DNA of 64,000 nt from Candidatus Poribacteria bacterium (lineage in GTDB: Bacteria > Poribacteria > WGA-4E > WGA-3G): the NCBI GenBank assembly GCA_963665235.2, contig CAXXLX010000002.1:512001-576000 (forward strand), in the 5' to 3' direction. The notes below the pieces were generated by a model, which saw only the letters and a list, made by a program, of their open reading frames with translations, made no database searches and was not told where the DNA came from. Made by a program: the position numbers and the translations under genes. This document shows positions 9,549 through 18,490 of this stretch, piece by piece. Every line of letters starts with the position of its first letter. Positions within the stretch are counted from its first letter, which is position 1.

Positions 9549-10361
9549 ATGATACACATTAAATCCGCATTAAATTCAGAGAGATTGGACCGCGTTGAAC
9601 ACGACCTGCGCGAAACCGGTTTCCATATCATTGAGCACGTGATTACGGCTGACGAGGCTGACGAGGCGCGCGAAGCGATTTGGGAGATGGTCAAAACAGA
9701 CATCGCTAACGGATACGACCACAGCTACGGCGATGGTAAAATCCGCCGGGTCTGGGCAATCGTCGGAAAATCGCCTATCTTCCGACGACTCATTCAGCAC
9801 CCGACCGTTGTGGCAGTCTGGAAACGGATGCTGGGAGAGGATATGATTGCTTCTACCTTCACTGCCAATATTGTCGGCCCTGGCGCGCCAGCAGGCGGAT
9901 GGCATATTGATTACCCGTATTGGGCGATGCAAGCCCCATTTCCATCGGGCTCGTTGACAGGACAAACGGTATGGATGTTGGACGAGTTCACCGCAGAGAA
10001 CGGCGCAACCGCATGCATTGCCGGTTCACACAAAACGCTGCGCCGCCCCGAATTAGGAGAAGCGGAGGGGCTCGAGATGAGCGTCGCTGTCGCCCCGAAG
10101 GGCTCTATCCTATTCACGAACGGCGCAATCTGGCACCAGTGTCTTCCTAATGTTACAGATGCACCGCGCGTCGGGTTGCTCGGTATGTATAACCGCTCCG
10201 TCATCTACCCGCAAGAGGATATGCCTCGGCAGTTAACCGATGAGGTATTAGTAGATGAAAGCGATGTGCTGAAACAGTTGTTGGGCAGAAAAATTCCGTT
10301 CCGTGACCCTGACCATGGACAAAATTGGCATCGGACAGATACAGGCTTCCGCCAAGCATAG
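9549..10361 (+). CDS. Phytanoyl-CoA dioxygenase family (PhyH) Fe/2OG oxygenase
   Basis: WHID, W-LDEFT-ENGAT, GSH, distal WH and R. Confidence 0.9.
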   Translation: MIHIKSALNSERLDRVEHDLRETGFHIIEHVITADEADEAREAIWEMVKTDIANGYDHSYGDGKIRRVWAIVGKSPIFRRLIQHPTVVAVWKRMLGEDMIASTFTANIVGPGAPAGGWHIDYPYWAMQAPFPSGSLTGQTVWMLDEFTAENGATACIAGSHKTLRRPELGEAEGLEMSVAVAPKGSILFTNGAIWHQCLPNVTDAPRVGLLGMYNRSVIYPQEDMPRQLTDEVLVDESDVLKQLLGRKIPFRDPDHGQNWHRTDTGFRQA

Positions 10362-10371
10362 GAGTGATAAT

Positions 10372-11295
10372 ATGTCATATTTGAAAAACAACTACCATTG
10401 GCTACTCTTCATCATAGTTATTTTCGGAAGTATTGGGGCTGTCGTGTTTACACAACAGGACACTGACACCGAACCGAACGTTATTTTTGAGCCGCCATCC
10501 CCGGAAGTCCTCCAGCAGATTAAGGACGACATCGCAGCACGGAACGCGCAGGACGCGGTCAAACCCCCGCCTCCCGGTGAAACCGCGGAAACAGGATATT
10601 GGCATGGTGACCACTGGCATAGAACTGCCCCTGCGGAAACGCCCGTAGATATGCAGCGCAATGAGGATCAGTATGGAGTCACACGGCAAGGCACGCGGTA
10701 TCTCAAGAACCCTGACTGGGCAGACCGTACCGAAGCACATGCAATCCCCACAGGCCCACCCCTCAATCTGAATTGGGCAGACATTAACACTAGGAACACG
10801 GCGAACTGGTATGATCCGCGCGTATGGGAATCTTATCGCAACTTCTGGGGATTTGATCGCCCCAAGGCGAGAACGGATGGGACTGTCCCGTATCGTGCCA
10901 GATTAGATAACTATGGGACACCGCTTCAACAGTTTGAAAATGTCTCACTGGTGGTCAAGTGGAGCAAGCGTAGAGGTTTTCGTCCGACACCTGAGCAGTT
11001 CGCTGAACACCAAGCACTGACTGCACGCTACGACACGGCACTATCATTGGGAGACGATTCGACAGCCGAGTCCTTACGGAGTCAGATTGCTGAACTTGAG
11101 GCATCCGCGCAAGGAGAACTGCCCGACCCGACCTCCTATTTCTCGACGTCCTATGGGGACCCCTACCCGGATTGGGAGAACCTCTCTGACATTGAAAAAA
11201 GTAGGATGAATAAGGAAGAGGAGGCAGTCGGCATCAGAAACCTTTACAAACGATTGGGTATTGAACATCTGTATGAATATTATGAAAAACCGTAA
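10372..11295 (+). CDS. Membrane-anchored histidine-triad (WHGDHWH) protein, paralog B
   Basis: ATG 10372 with GGAG SD; N-terminus homologous to 5030-6055. Confidence 0.8.
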   Translation: MSYLKNNYHWLLFIIVIFGSIGAVVFTQQDTDTEPNVIFEPPSPEVLQQIKDDIAARNAQDAVKPPPPGETAETGYWHGDHWHRTAPAETPVDMQRNEDQYGVTRQGTRYLKNPDWADRTEAHAIPTGPPLNLNWADINTRNTANWYDPRVWESYRNFWGFDRPKARTDGTVPYRARLDNYGTPLQQFENVSLVVKWSKRRGFRPTPEQFAEHQALTARYDTALSLGDDSTAESLRSQIAELEASAQGELPDPTSYFSTSYGDPYPDWENLSDIEKSRMNKEEEAVGIRNLYKRLGIEHLYEYYEKP

Positions 11296-11504
11296 CTTAC
11301 GCCTGCCCGTGAATACCACAGAAACACACAACACCATACCTCTTAGCCCAGTATGGGCGATATGTTTATAAAAACAATCGTGTCAAAAACTTTACACCTC
11401 CACATTTTTGAAATTTGTTGCAAATTCCCCCGTAATCCGTTATACTTTAAGAAAATGAAAGTGTTGTTTGGAGGACACATTCTGTCACCTTTGAGGAGAA
11501 ACAC

Positions 11505-12089
11505 ATGACTTATGTTGCAGTCCAAACGCAGCTGACTCCCGAGGAATATCTCGACTGGGAACGGAAGGCAGCGACGAAACATGAGTATCACAACGGACAG
11601 ATAGTCGCAATGTCCGGGGCAAGTTATGAGCACACGCTTATTGCAGCGAATATGGTAGCTGAAATCCATGCCCAATTGAAAGGGAAACCGTGTACGGTTC
11701 ATGCAAGTGATATGCGCGTAAAAACGTCATCAACGGCCTCCTATTTCTATCCGGATGTCGTTGCCGTTTGTGGTGAACCACAATTTGAGGATAACTCCTT
11801 CGATGTGCTTCTCAACCCGGTGCTTATAGTAGAAGTGCTTTCCGCCTCAACTGCTGCTTACGATAGAGGCGAAAAGTTTGAGCACTACAAGCAAATCACG
11901 TCGTTGCAAGAATATATCCTCGTTTCACAGGATAGGGTTCATATTGAACATTATCGTTGTCTCGGTGCTGAGTGGATATTAGCTGAATTTCGCTCGCTTT
12001 CGGATATGCTTTCCCTCCCTTCCATAGAATGTGCACTGTCTCTGCGGGACATCTATGCACGGGTCAAAGTAACCCGCGATAATCCGTGA
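11505..12089 (+). CDS. Uma2 family PD-(D/E)xK endonuclease
   Basis: EEYL-WE, KHEY-NG, YPDV, NP-LIVEVLS-ST, D-GEKF..Y. Confidence 0.9.
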   Translation: MTYVAVQTQLTPEEYLDWERKAATKHEYHNGQIVAMSGASYEHTLIAANMVAEIHAQLKGKPCTVHASDMRVKTSSTASYFYPDVVAVCGEPQFEDNSFDVLLNPVLIVEVLSASTAAYDRGEKFEHYKQITSLQEYILVSQDRVHIEHYRCLGAEWILAEFRSLSDMLSLPSIECALSLRDIYARVKVTRDNP

Positions 12090-12257
12090 TTCAGATTTTC
12101 AGTGCCGGGTGCAGTTCCACAAGATACGGTGTAGCATCAGTTAACGTTTTATGTGCATCGGGCAATTTTGCAAGTTCCAACTTTGCATGATGCTGAATGT
12201 CCCATACTGATGGGAACTTATAAACTAACTCACCATTTTTGACAATCGGAATTAAGA

Positions 12258-12452
12258 GTGGAAACGCCCGTAGACATACAGCAAAATGAGGGGCAGTATG
12301 GTGTCACACGCCAAGGCACGCGGTATCTCAAGCACCCTGATTGGGCAGACTACCCTGAAGCACAGGCAATCCCCGCAGGCCCATCTCTCAATCTGAATTG
12401 GGCAGACATCAACACCAGGAACACGGCGAACTGGTACGATCTGCGCGTATGA
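12258..12452 (+). pseudogene. Orphan partial copy (cassette) of the paralog B variable region
   Basis: ~190 bp co-linear with 10636-10826, roughly 88% identical; lacks TM and His-triad; ends in TGA. Confidence 0.8.
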
Positions 12453-12625
12453 TAAATGCTTCTACGAATAGCCCAGCCAAAAACGATGAATTACCCCTAT
12501 CGCATCCTTTACCCCCCTAACCCGCGATAGTCAAATCAACGTCCGACCTAGACAGCGAGCTGTTTTTCCACCCTTCCAATCTTCCAATCTTCCATCCCTC
12601 CCCCTAACTCTTCGCGATGTATTTA

Positions 12626-12654
12626 TTGCTTTGCAGATAAATTCATGCTATAAT
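12626..12654 (+). promoter_or_regulatory. sigma70 promoter of tsaD operon
   Basis: TTGCTT-N17-TATAAT with TG extended -10. Confidence 0.55.
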
Positions 12655-12690
12655 TCATCACAGAAATCGATATTACAGAAAGAGAGACTT

Positions 12691-13713
12691 GTGAAAATAC
12701 TAGGTATTGATACATCTTGTGATGAAACTGCTGCAGCGGTCGTAGCGGATGGCCGTGAGGTCCTCTCAAATGTGGTTGCCTCACAGATTGAAACACATCA
12801 GGCTTACGGTGGCGTTGTCCCGGAGTTGGCATCGCGTAAACACATTGAAGCAATCAACTATATCGTCAATAACGCGTTGACAGACGCGAACGTCACGTTT
12901 GACACCTTAGATGCTATTGCAGTGACAAACCGCCCGGGCTTAATCGGCGCGTTGCTCGTCGGGGTGGCGGCAGCGAAAAGTCTCGCCTACTGTCATAATC
13001 TTCCGTTGCTCGGCATTAATCATATTGAAGGGCATATTTACGCCAATTACATGGTGCATGACACCTTGACTTTTCCGCATATCTGTTTGACTGTCTCCGG
13101 TGGACATACGTTGCTTGTGGAGGTCCATGAAGGTTGGAAGTATAAAGTTCTGGGAACGACCCAAGACGATGCAGCGGGGGAGGTCTACGATAAGGTCGCG
13201 AAATACCTCGGACTCGGTTTTCCCGGCGGCAGAATTATTGATGAACTGGCACAGGAGGGTAATCCTACGGCGATAGATTTTCCACGCCCGATGCTCCGTA
13301 GCGGCAATTACCAATTTAGTTTTAGCGGTATCAAAACAGCTGTGCGGTATTTTATTGAGGAAGCGGAACGGGCTGGCACAGTGGATAGCGGTGAAATTCT
13401 CTTGGAAGATGTCGCCGCTAGTTTTCAAGCAGCGGTGGTCGAAGTGCTTGTCGCAAAGACGGTTCATGCCGCGAAAACGACAAGCGCACGCACCATCACC
13501 TTGACAGGCGGAGTCGCCGCGAACAGTCAACTGCGCGCCTCCCTGGAGACTGCCGCCGCCGAAATTGATGCAGCTGTCTATTATCCTCCGATTAAACTGT
13601 GTACAGATAACGGTGCAATGATAGCGGGCATCGCTTACGAAAAATATCAGCAAGGACTTCGGGACACGCTTTCTCTCAATGCTGCCGCGAACGGTTCAAT
13701 AGTTGATGTCTAA
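12691..13713 (+). CDS. tsaD: tRNA N6-adenosine threonylcarbamoyltransferase
   Basis: GIDTSCDET, GGVVPELASRKH, NHIEGH, SGGHT, DDAAGE, CTDNGAMIA; GTG start. Confidence 0.97.
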   Translation: MKILGIDTSCDETAAAVVADGREVLSNVVASQIETHQAYGGVVPELASRKHIEAINYIVNNALTDANVTFDTLDAIAVTNRPGLIGALLVGVAAAKSLAYCHNLPLLGINHIEGHIYANYMVHDTLTFPHICLTVSGGHTLLVEVHEGWKYKVLGTTQDDAAGEVYDKVAKYLGLGFPGGRIIDELAQEGNPTAIDFPRPMLRSGNYQFSFSGIKTAVRYFIEEAERAGTVDSGEILLEDVAASFQAAVVEVLVAKTVHAAKTTSARTITLTGGVAANSQLRASLETAAAEIDAAVYYPPIKLCTDNGAMIAGIAYEKYQQGLRDTLSLNAAANGSIVDV

Positions 13714-13727
13714 ACGGGGGAACACAC

Positions 13728-14354
13728 GTGGAATCTGATTTACGGATAAAAGCAGCCGCCGATTGTCTAAAATCGGGCGGAATTATTGCAGTCCCTACCG
13801 ATACGGTATACGGGTTGGGGGCGGACCCATTTAATGCCGAGGCGGTCCAAAAACTGTATACCCTAAAAGGGAGACCAGAAGCGAAACCGATACCCCTGCT
13901 CCTCAGTTCCGTTGAAGATGTAAAACAGGTTGCACAAAACCTCCCAGGCCTCTTTTTTCAGCTGACAGATAGGTTTTGGCCGGGGGGGTTAACAATCGTT
14001 GTGGAGGCAAAAAATCTGCTACCGCAGCTGACAGCGGGTGGCACTACTGTCGGGGTCCGTATTCCGAATCAACCGCTACTCTTGGAGATTCTTCAGGAAT
14101 TTGGGGGAGCTATGGCAGTGACCAGCGCGAATTTGTCAGGACACCCCGCAGCAACTGCTCCCGACGAATTTGGCGCGGAGCTCATCTCCCGAATTGATGT
14201 GATTGTAGATGGCGGGAAAACACCCGGCCCGATTCCGTCAACCGTCTACGACATTTCTGTATCCCCGCCACAGATTCGCCGACACGGCGTAATTTCTGAA
14301 GAAACACTTACCGAGGCACTAATGTGTTACAGCAGACGTTCAAACAACTCCTGA
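13728..14354 (+). CDS. tsaC: L-threonylcarbamoyladenylate synthase (YrdC/Sua5 domain)
   Basis: PTDTVYGL, KGRP, FWPGGLT, TSANLSG. Confidence 0.93.
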   Translation: MESDLRIKAAADCLKSGGIIAVPTDTVYGLGADPFNAEAVQKLYTLKGRPEAKPIPLLLSSVEDVKQVAQNLPGLFFQLTDRFWPGGLTIVVEAKNLLPQLTAGGTTVGVRIPNQPLLLEILQEFGGAMAVTSANLSGHPAATAPDEFGAELISRIDVIVDGGKTPGPIPSTVYDISVSPPQIRRHGVISEETLTEALMCYSRRSNNS

Positions 14355-14908
14355 AATTTCTCGCCACACCCACCGGAAATTGGGTCATACTTGGGCTAGC
14401 ATGTGTGGTCATTTTGGCGGTCGTTTACCACAGATGGCGGCAAATTCAGGGATTGACGGTGGCGGTAATTCAGGAGGATACCTATTTTATCACCCGAGAC
14501 GATAACAACCGATTGGCGATTGTCGTGTCCCTGCATCTCATCAATAAATCCAGCACCCCAATTCAGTTTCGCACATGTAAATTGAGTGGCTACTCCCCTA
14601 AACTACCACCCGAGCGATTGTTTTTAGAGGGATATGATAAGACCGTCGAACTGCCCTATCCGGAATACGACTCGTTTTCGGAAAGCGCGGAAAAATCGGA
14701 CAACCCTAAGGCAGTGTACGTTCTCAATCCGTACACAGAGCAGCGGATGTGGGTCTATTACGAGTCCGGTATTGTGACATTGACCAATAGATTGCGTGCA
14801 CCGATTGTGCTAAAGGATACAAATCGCAAACGGAAATCTATCCAGGTCGCCGTGCCACGCAATATGGAGCAGATTCAGCTGTATCGGGAGGCAGCAATGC
14901 GGTGGTGA
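14324..14908 (+). CDS. Hypothetical single-TM protein
   Basis: 194-aa ORF continuing the operon; N-terminal TM; start uncertain. Confidence 0.6.
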   Translation: MLQQTFKQLLKFLATPTGNWVILGLACVVILAVVYHRWRQIQGLTVAVIQEDTYFITRDDNNRLAIVVSLHLINKSSTPIQFRTCKLSGYSPKLPPERLFLEGYDKTVELPYPEYDSFSESAEKSDNPKAVYVLNPYTEQRMWVYYESGIVTLTNRLRAPIVLKDTNRKRKSIQVAVPRNMEQIQLYREAAMRW

Positions 14909-14916
14909 GTTTAGCA

Positions 14917-16788
14917 CTACGATGCTCGATTCATCTCAATCAGATGCGCGTCCGCTAATCCTGCCCGTACCTCTTCATCGTAACTTGTCACGACTACCTG
15001 ATGCGCCTTGGCTAGCTCAGAGATAAAATCCATCATCGACGCTTTCCGTTCACTATCTAAATGCAAAGTCGGGTCATCGAATACAAAGAAACCGGGGCTC
15101 CCCAACACCTTAGCAAGTGCCACCTTGAAACAGAGGTACAGAAACATCTTCTCGCTTCCACTGAGCAACATCAAACTCCTATCAACACCGTCTATTGTGA
15201 GGGAGGGAAGTAGGTGCTGGCGTTGTAAGTCAATGCGTGTGCTTCCAAAAAGGTCTATATGTTCGAGCCAATTGTGTAGCGCGTCTTCTGCCGGTTTAAG
15301 GATTTGACGTTGGAGCGTTTCAATCGTCTTGTCAACACCGGCACAGGCGAGCTCTAAGCTAAGCCGGGTCTTCTCAAGCTGTACCGCGTTTTTATTGATA
15401 CGTTGCAATGTCTGAAATCTATCTACTCGCACCGCTTCCGCCTGTCTAAGCTTGTCAAGTTTTGCACGCTCGTTATCAATTTGCGTCTTTAGTTGACGTT
15501 TATCTGGCACCGGGGCGGTAACGTTTTTTAACCCCTCACTAGCGGGAGTCGGCCCGTCTAGCGGTATACCTTTCTCGGTTAACCGCGTCGTGAGGGTCTG
15601 AAGTTGCGTTTGAATGTCCCCCATATCTCGCTCCAGCTGTTCCAATCGAGTTGCGTTTATTTGCAATGTCTGAAGTCGCTCTTCAAGTTTACGGCTGCTG
15701 TCTAAGTTTTCGGTTTTTTCGGCTAACGTTTTTTTGTGCTGTGCCAATTCAGTTTGCAGTTGTGCTGTCTCGGTCTGTTTTTCCTCTATTATCCGCTGTA
15801 CCACCTCCTGTTCAACTGTCTGGTGGCAGGTTGGGCAGTGGCTTTCGTCGCTGTCGAGGAGCGTTCGGAGGGTGTTACAGACGTTTGTCAACGCGGTAAT
15901 TTGGGAGTCAACACTGCCGATTTTTTGGATAAGCTGTTCACGACTTTCTGCCAAGCCTCCAGTATCCTTAAGGCTGTTCTGAATTTTTGCTATCATATTG
16001 TGGATGTGTGCGATATCGGTGAACCCTGTCAAGGTTTGAACGCGCTCGCGTATGAGGGTCTCCAATTGTGTTTGCAGTCGGTTTCGAGTTTGCATCCACT
16101 CAGCAATTAAGTCCGTATCCCCTGTTTCAGCGGTGTATGCTGCCTCTAATCTTTTCAATTTCGCCTCGATTTTTTCAATGTCGGCTTTATGTGTGTTCTG
16201 TGCATTGAACCGGAGGCTCTTTTGGTGGGATTTCACCCGGTTTTCCTCGCGTTTGGCGATGCGCCGTGCGTCGATGAAACGTTCCCGGACATCTATCAAT
16301 CTGTCAATGCCGAGGAGTGCGTAGAGAATATCGCGGCGGGTTGCGGGTTGTCGGGCAAGAAATTCGAAGATTTCCCCCTCCCGCAGGAAGGTTGTCAAGG
16401 CGAGTCGGTCGTGCATAATCCCGAATCGCTTTTGCAACTCGATTTCAGGTGCCTTGACGCGTGTTTCATCGAAATCGATATACCACTTACCGTTTTCCTG
16501 ATGTCGGAGTTGGATCCGTTTTTTGGTTGCCCGGTAGAGCATGTACCGTTTTCCATCTTCGACGAATTGTAGCCCGGCTGTTCCGCTATAGGCTTCAGGG
16601 TTTTTCATCGCTGACGCGTCAACACGTGGCACAATCGGTTTGCCCGTTAGTGTGAAAAAAATGGCGTTGACGAGCGTACTTTTCCCGCTGAAGTTGGGAC
16701 CAAAGATAAGATTGATACCATCAGACAGATCAAAATCTTGCTGTTCAAAACAGCCAAATGTCTTGAGACGTATCCGTTCTAAACGCAT
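14917..16788 (-). CDS. SbcC/Rad50-like SMC ATPase
   Basis: Walker A GPNFSGKST, coiled coils, CPTC zinc hook, LSGSE signature, Walker B FVFDDP; start set at ATG 16788 outside the IS end. Confidence 0.85.
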   Translation of the reverse strand: MRLERIRLKTFGCFEQQDFDLSDGINLIFGPNFSGKSTLVNAIFFTLTGKPIVPRVDASAMKNPEAYSGTAGLQFVEDGKRYMLYRATKKRIQLRHQENGKWYIDFDETRVKAPEIELQKRFGIMHDRLALTTFLREGEIFEFLARQPATRRDILYALLGIDRLIDVRERFIDARRIAKREENRVKSHQKSLRFNAQNTHKADIEKIEAKLKRLEAAYTAETGDTDLIAEWMQTRNRLQTQLETLIRERVQTLTGFTDIAHIHNMIAKIQNSLKDTGGLAESREQLIQKIGSVDSQITALTNVCNTLRTLLDSDESHCPTCHQTVEQEVVQRIIEEKQTETAQLQTELAQHKKTLAEKTENLDSSRKLEERLQTLQINATRLEQLERDMGDIQTQLQTLTTRLTEKGIPLDGPTPASEGLKNVTAPVPDKRQLKTQIDNERAKLDKLRQAEAVRVDRFQTLQRINKNAVQLEKTRLSLELACAGVDKTIETLQRQILKPAEDALHNWLEHIDLFGSTRIDLQRQHLLPSLTIDGVDRSLMLLSGSEKMFLYLCFKVALAKVLGSPGFFVFDDPTLHLDSERKASMMDFISELAKAHQVVVTSYDEEVRAGLADAHLIEMNRAS

Positions 16789-16843
16789 AGTCATAGTACC
16801 CACTACCTAAAGGTGGGGGCTTGTGCTTCCTCGACAACAGCGT

Positions 16844-17995
16844 TTATCCCTGGGGGACAACCCGTCTTATGTCGTCTCCACTTAGGGCAGCTAAGCCTGC
16901 CCGTTTGATGTTGATTGCAGCGTTGACATCTCTATCGTGGTCTGAACCACATTCAGGACATGTCCACTGCCGATCTGAAAGAGTTAGTTTTTTGTTATGG
17001 TATCCACAATCACTACAAGGTTTCGTAGTTGCTGTCCATTGACCGATTTTCTGAAACGTCTTCCCGTGCTTAGCACACTTCTGTTCCAGTATCAGCAATA
17101 ACTGGTAGAAGGCATTATCAGAGACTTTGCGTCCCCAAAGGCGTTTCATACCGTCAATGTTTAGCGTTTCAAAAATGAGTATGTCAAACTCTGTGCAAAG
17201 TTCAGTAGCAAGTTTCCATTGCCAATCGAGGCGTTGGCGTGATATTTTCCGATAGAGCCTTGCTAATGTGAGCCTCACACGATACCAATTACTTGAACCT
17301 TTGACTTTGCGACTCAATGCCTTGTGCAGAGACCGCAACGTGTTGAGTGATTGTTTTAGAAAATGTGGTGATTCTATCTTCTGTCCCTCGTTGCTTGTGA
17401 GTAATGTTTTGTTTCCGTAATCAAACCCTGCGCTCTTACCCGTCATGGGTTTCGGTTCGGAACCGTCAACATTATCGCACGAAAAGCATATCCAATAGTC
17501 CCCGCATCTGTCGCGTTTGAGGGTGATCGTCTTGATAACACCTTGAATCTCACGATGGTTGTGAAACGAAAAATAGGTGTCTATACAGTTGATTTTGATA
17601 CGATGCTCTTCAAGCGTGTAACCCGCTTGTGTGAAAGTCATTGAGTTGTATTTGTGGCGAGACTTGATTTTCGGTCTACCCACCCGATGCCTCGTTTTGC
17701 CTGCTTTGCGGTCTTTGATATTATCAAGAAAAGCGTCTTGGGATTTGCCATAACGCAACACAACATCTTGAATCACTTGACTCGGTAAATCCGACCAATG
17801 GGGTTTGGTCCTTTTCTTCAGTTTCGTGATATGTTTATTTAGACGCGACGTGGATATATTCTTTCCGTAGAGGCGATAATAACGACGGGCTAAACAGACA
17901 ATATGCACGTGGATATGCCACATATCGTCAATCAAATTGCCAATCTTTATCGTGTTAGATTGGTCCTGAAATTTGAACTTGTAAGATTTTCTCAT
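16844..17995 (-). CDS. tnpB: RNA-guided endonuclease TnpB
   Basis: RuvC-I GFDYG, RuvC-II IFETL, CSDC/CPEC zinc finger, RuvC-III DRDVNAAINI. Confidence 0.93.
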   Translation of the reverse strand: MRKSYKFKFQDQSNTIKIGNLIDDMWHIHVHIVCLARRYYRLYGKNISTSRLNKHITKLKKRTKPHWSDLPSQVIQDVVLRYGKSQDAFLDNIKDRKAGKTRHRVGRPKIKSRHKYNSMTFTQAGYTLEEHRIKINCIDTYFSFHNHREIQGVIKTITLKRDRCGDYWICFSCDNVDGSEPKPMTGKSAGFDYGNKTLLTSNEGQKIESPHFLKQSLNTLRSLHKALSRKVKGSSNWYRVRLTLARLYRKISRQRLDWQWKLATELCTEFDILIFETLNIDGMKRLWGRKVSDNAFYQLLLILEQKCAKHGKTFQKIGQWTATTKPCSDCGYHNKKLTLSDRQWTCPECGSDHDRDVNAAINIKRAGLAALSGDDIRRVVPQG

Positions 17996-18130
17996 TGTCC
18001 GCTTTGACCTTCAAGGTAGTCTTTGATAACCTTCAGTGTTACACTGCCACAAGAACTTACAAACTTCGAACGGGTCCACAAAGTGAGTTGTTCGGTAATC
18101 ACGCTTTTTGTTAGAGATTTTCAGTGGCAT
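17992..18130 (-). pseudogene. tnpA: Internally deleted IS200-type Y1 transposase
   Basis: MPLKISNKKRDYRTTH N-terminus joined out of frame to LWTRSKFVSSCGSVTLKVIKDYLEGQ C-terminus; HUH core missing; ATGA overlap with tnpB. Confidence 0.75.
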
Positions 18131-18163
18131 AATATATTACCTGTCTATTAGAGTGTATAGGAG

Positions 18164-18192
18164 ATTATACCACATTTTGATTAGATTGTCAA
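18164..18192 (-). promoter_or_regulatory. Consensus promoter inside the IS left end
   Basis: TTGACA-N17-TATAAT with TG extension. Confidence 0.7.
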
Positions 18193-18264
18193 GTCTTTTT
18201 TTATATCACGCACTTCGCCGTCTACATCCCGCAAGCTAAAGCATGGGGATTTGACAGGGGAGTG

Positions 18265-18471
18265 TTAATCGCCTTGCTTTTCGTGGATAAGGTCGTAAAG
18301 CATCTGGGCTCTCACGTTTTCTCGCCCATTCGTCAACGTAAATTCGAATGCGTGCACGATTGCTTCAAGTTCGGCAATGCCGAGCGTCTTATACTTCGGG
18401 TCGCGCTCCAGCAGTGCCTCAATTTCTGCCTTATAGATTTCTTGTGTGTCGTATTCAAGGGATGTGTCCAT
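18265..18471 (-). CDS. Small hypothetical protein
   Basis: 68 aa, GGAG upstream, between aminotransferase and IS. Confidence 0.6.
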   Translation of the reverse strand: MDTSLEYDTQEIYKAEIEALLERDPKYKTLGIAELEAIVHAFEFTLTNGRENVRAQMLYDLIHEKQGD

Positions 18472-18490
18472 ATCCGCCCATCTCCTATTT

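Larger units (their letters stand above)
16790..18264 (-). mobile_element. IS200/IS605-family element (tnpA remnant + tnpB)
   Basis: Subterminal hairpins at both ends (CCCCATGCTTTAGCTTGCGGG; CCCCACCTTTAGGTAGTGGG on minus strand); no TSD. Confidence 0.85.

Noticed and set aside
10636-12452. DGR template/variable repeat pair
   Set aside because: Mismatches are not adenine-restricted and no reverse transcriptase is in the window
12940-13653. Long antisense ORFs (also 53162-53875, 58874-59623, 32432-33055 in an alternative frame)
   Set aside because: Shadows of well-supported genes
16790-18264. IStron (group I intron-IS fusion)
   Set aside because: The left end is short with no room for an intron core, and the insertion is intergenic
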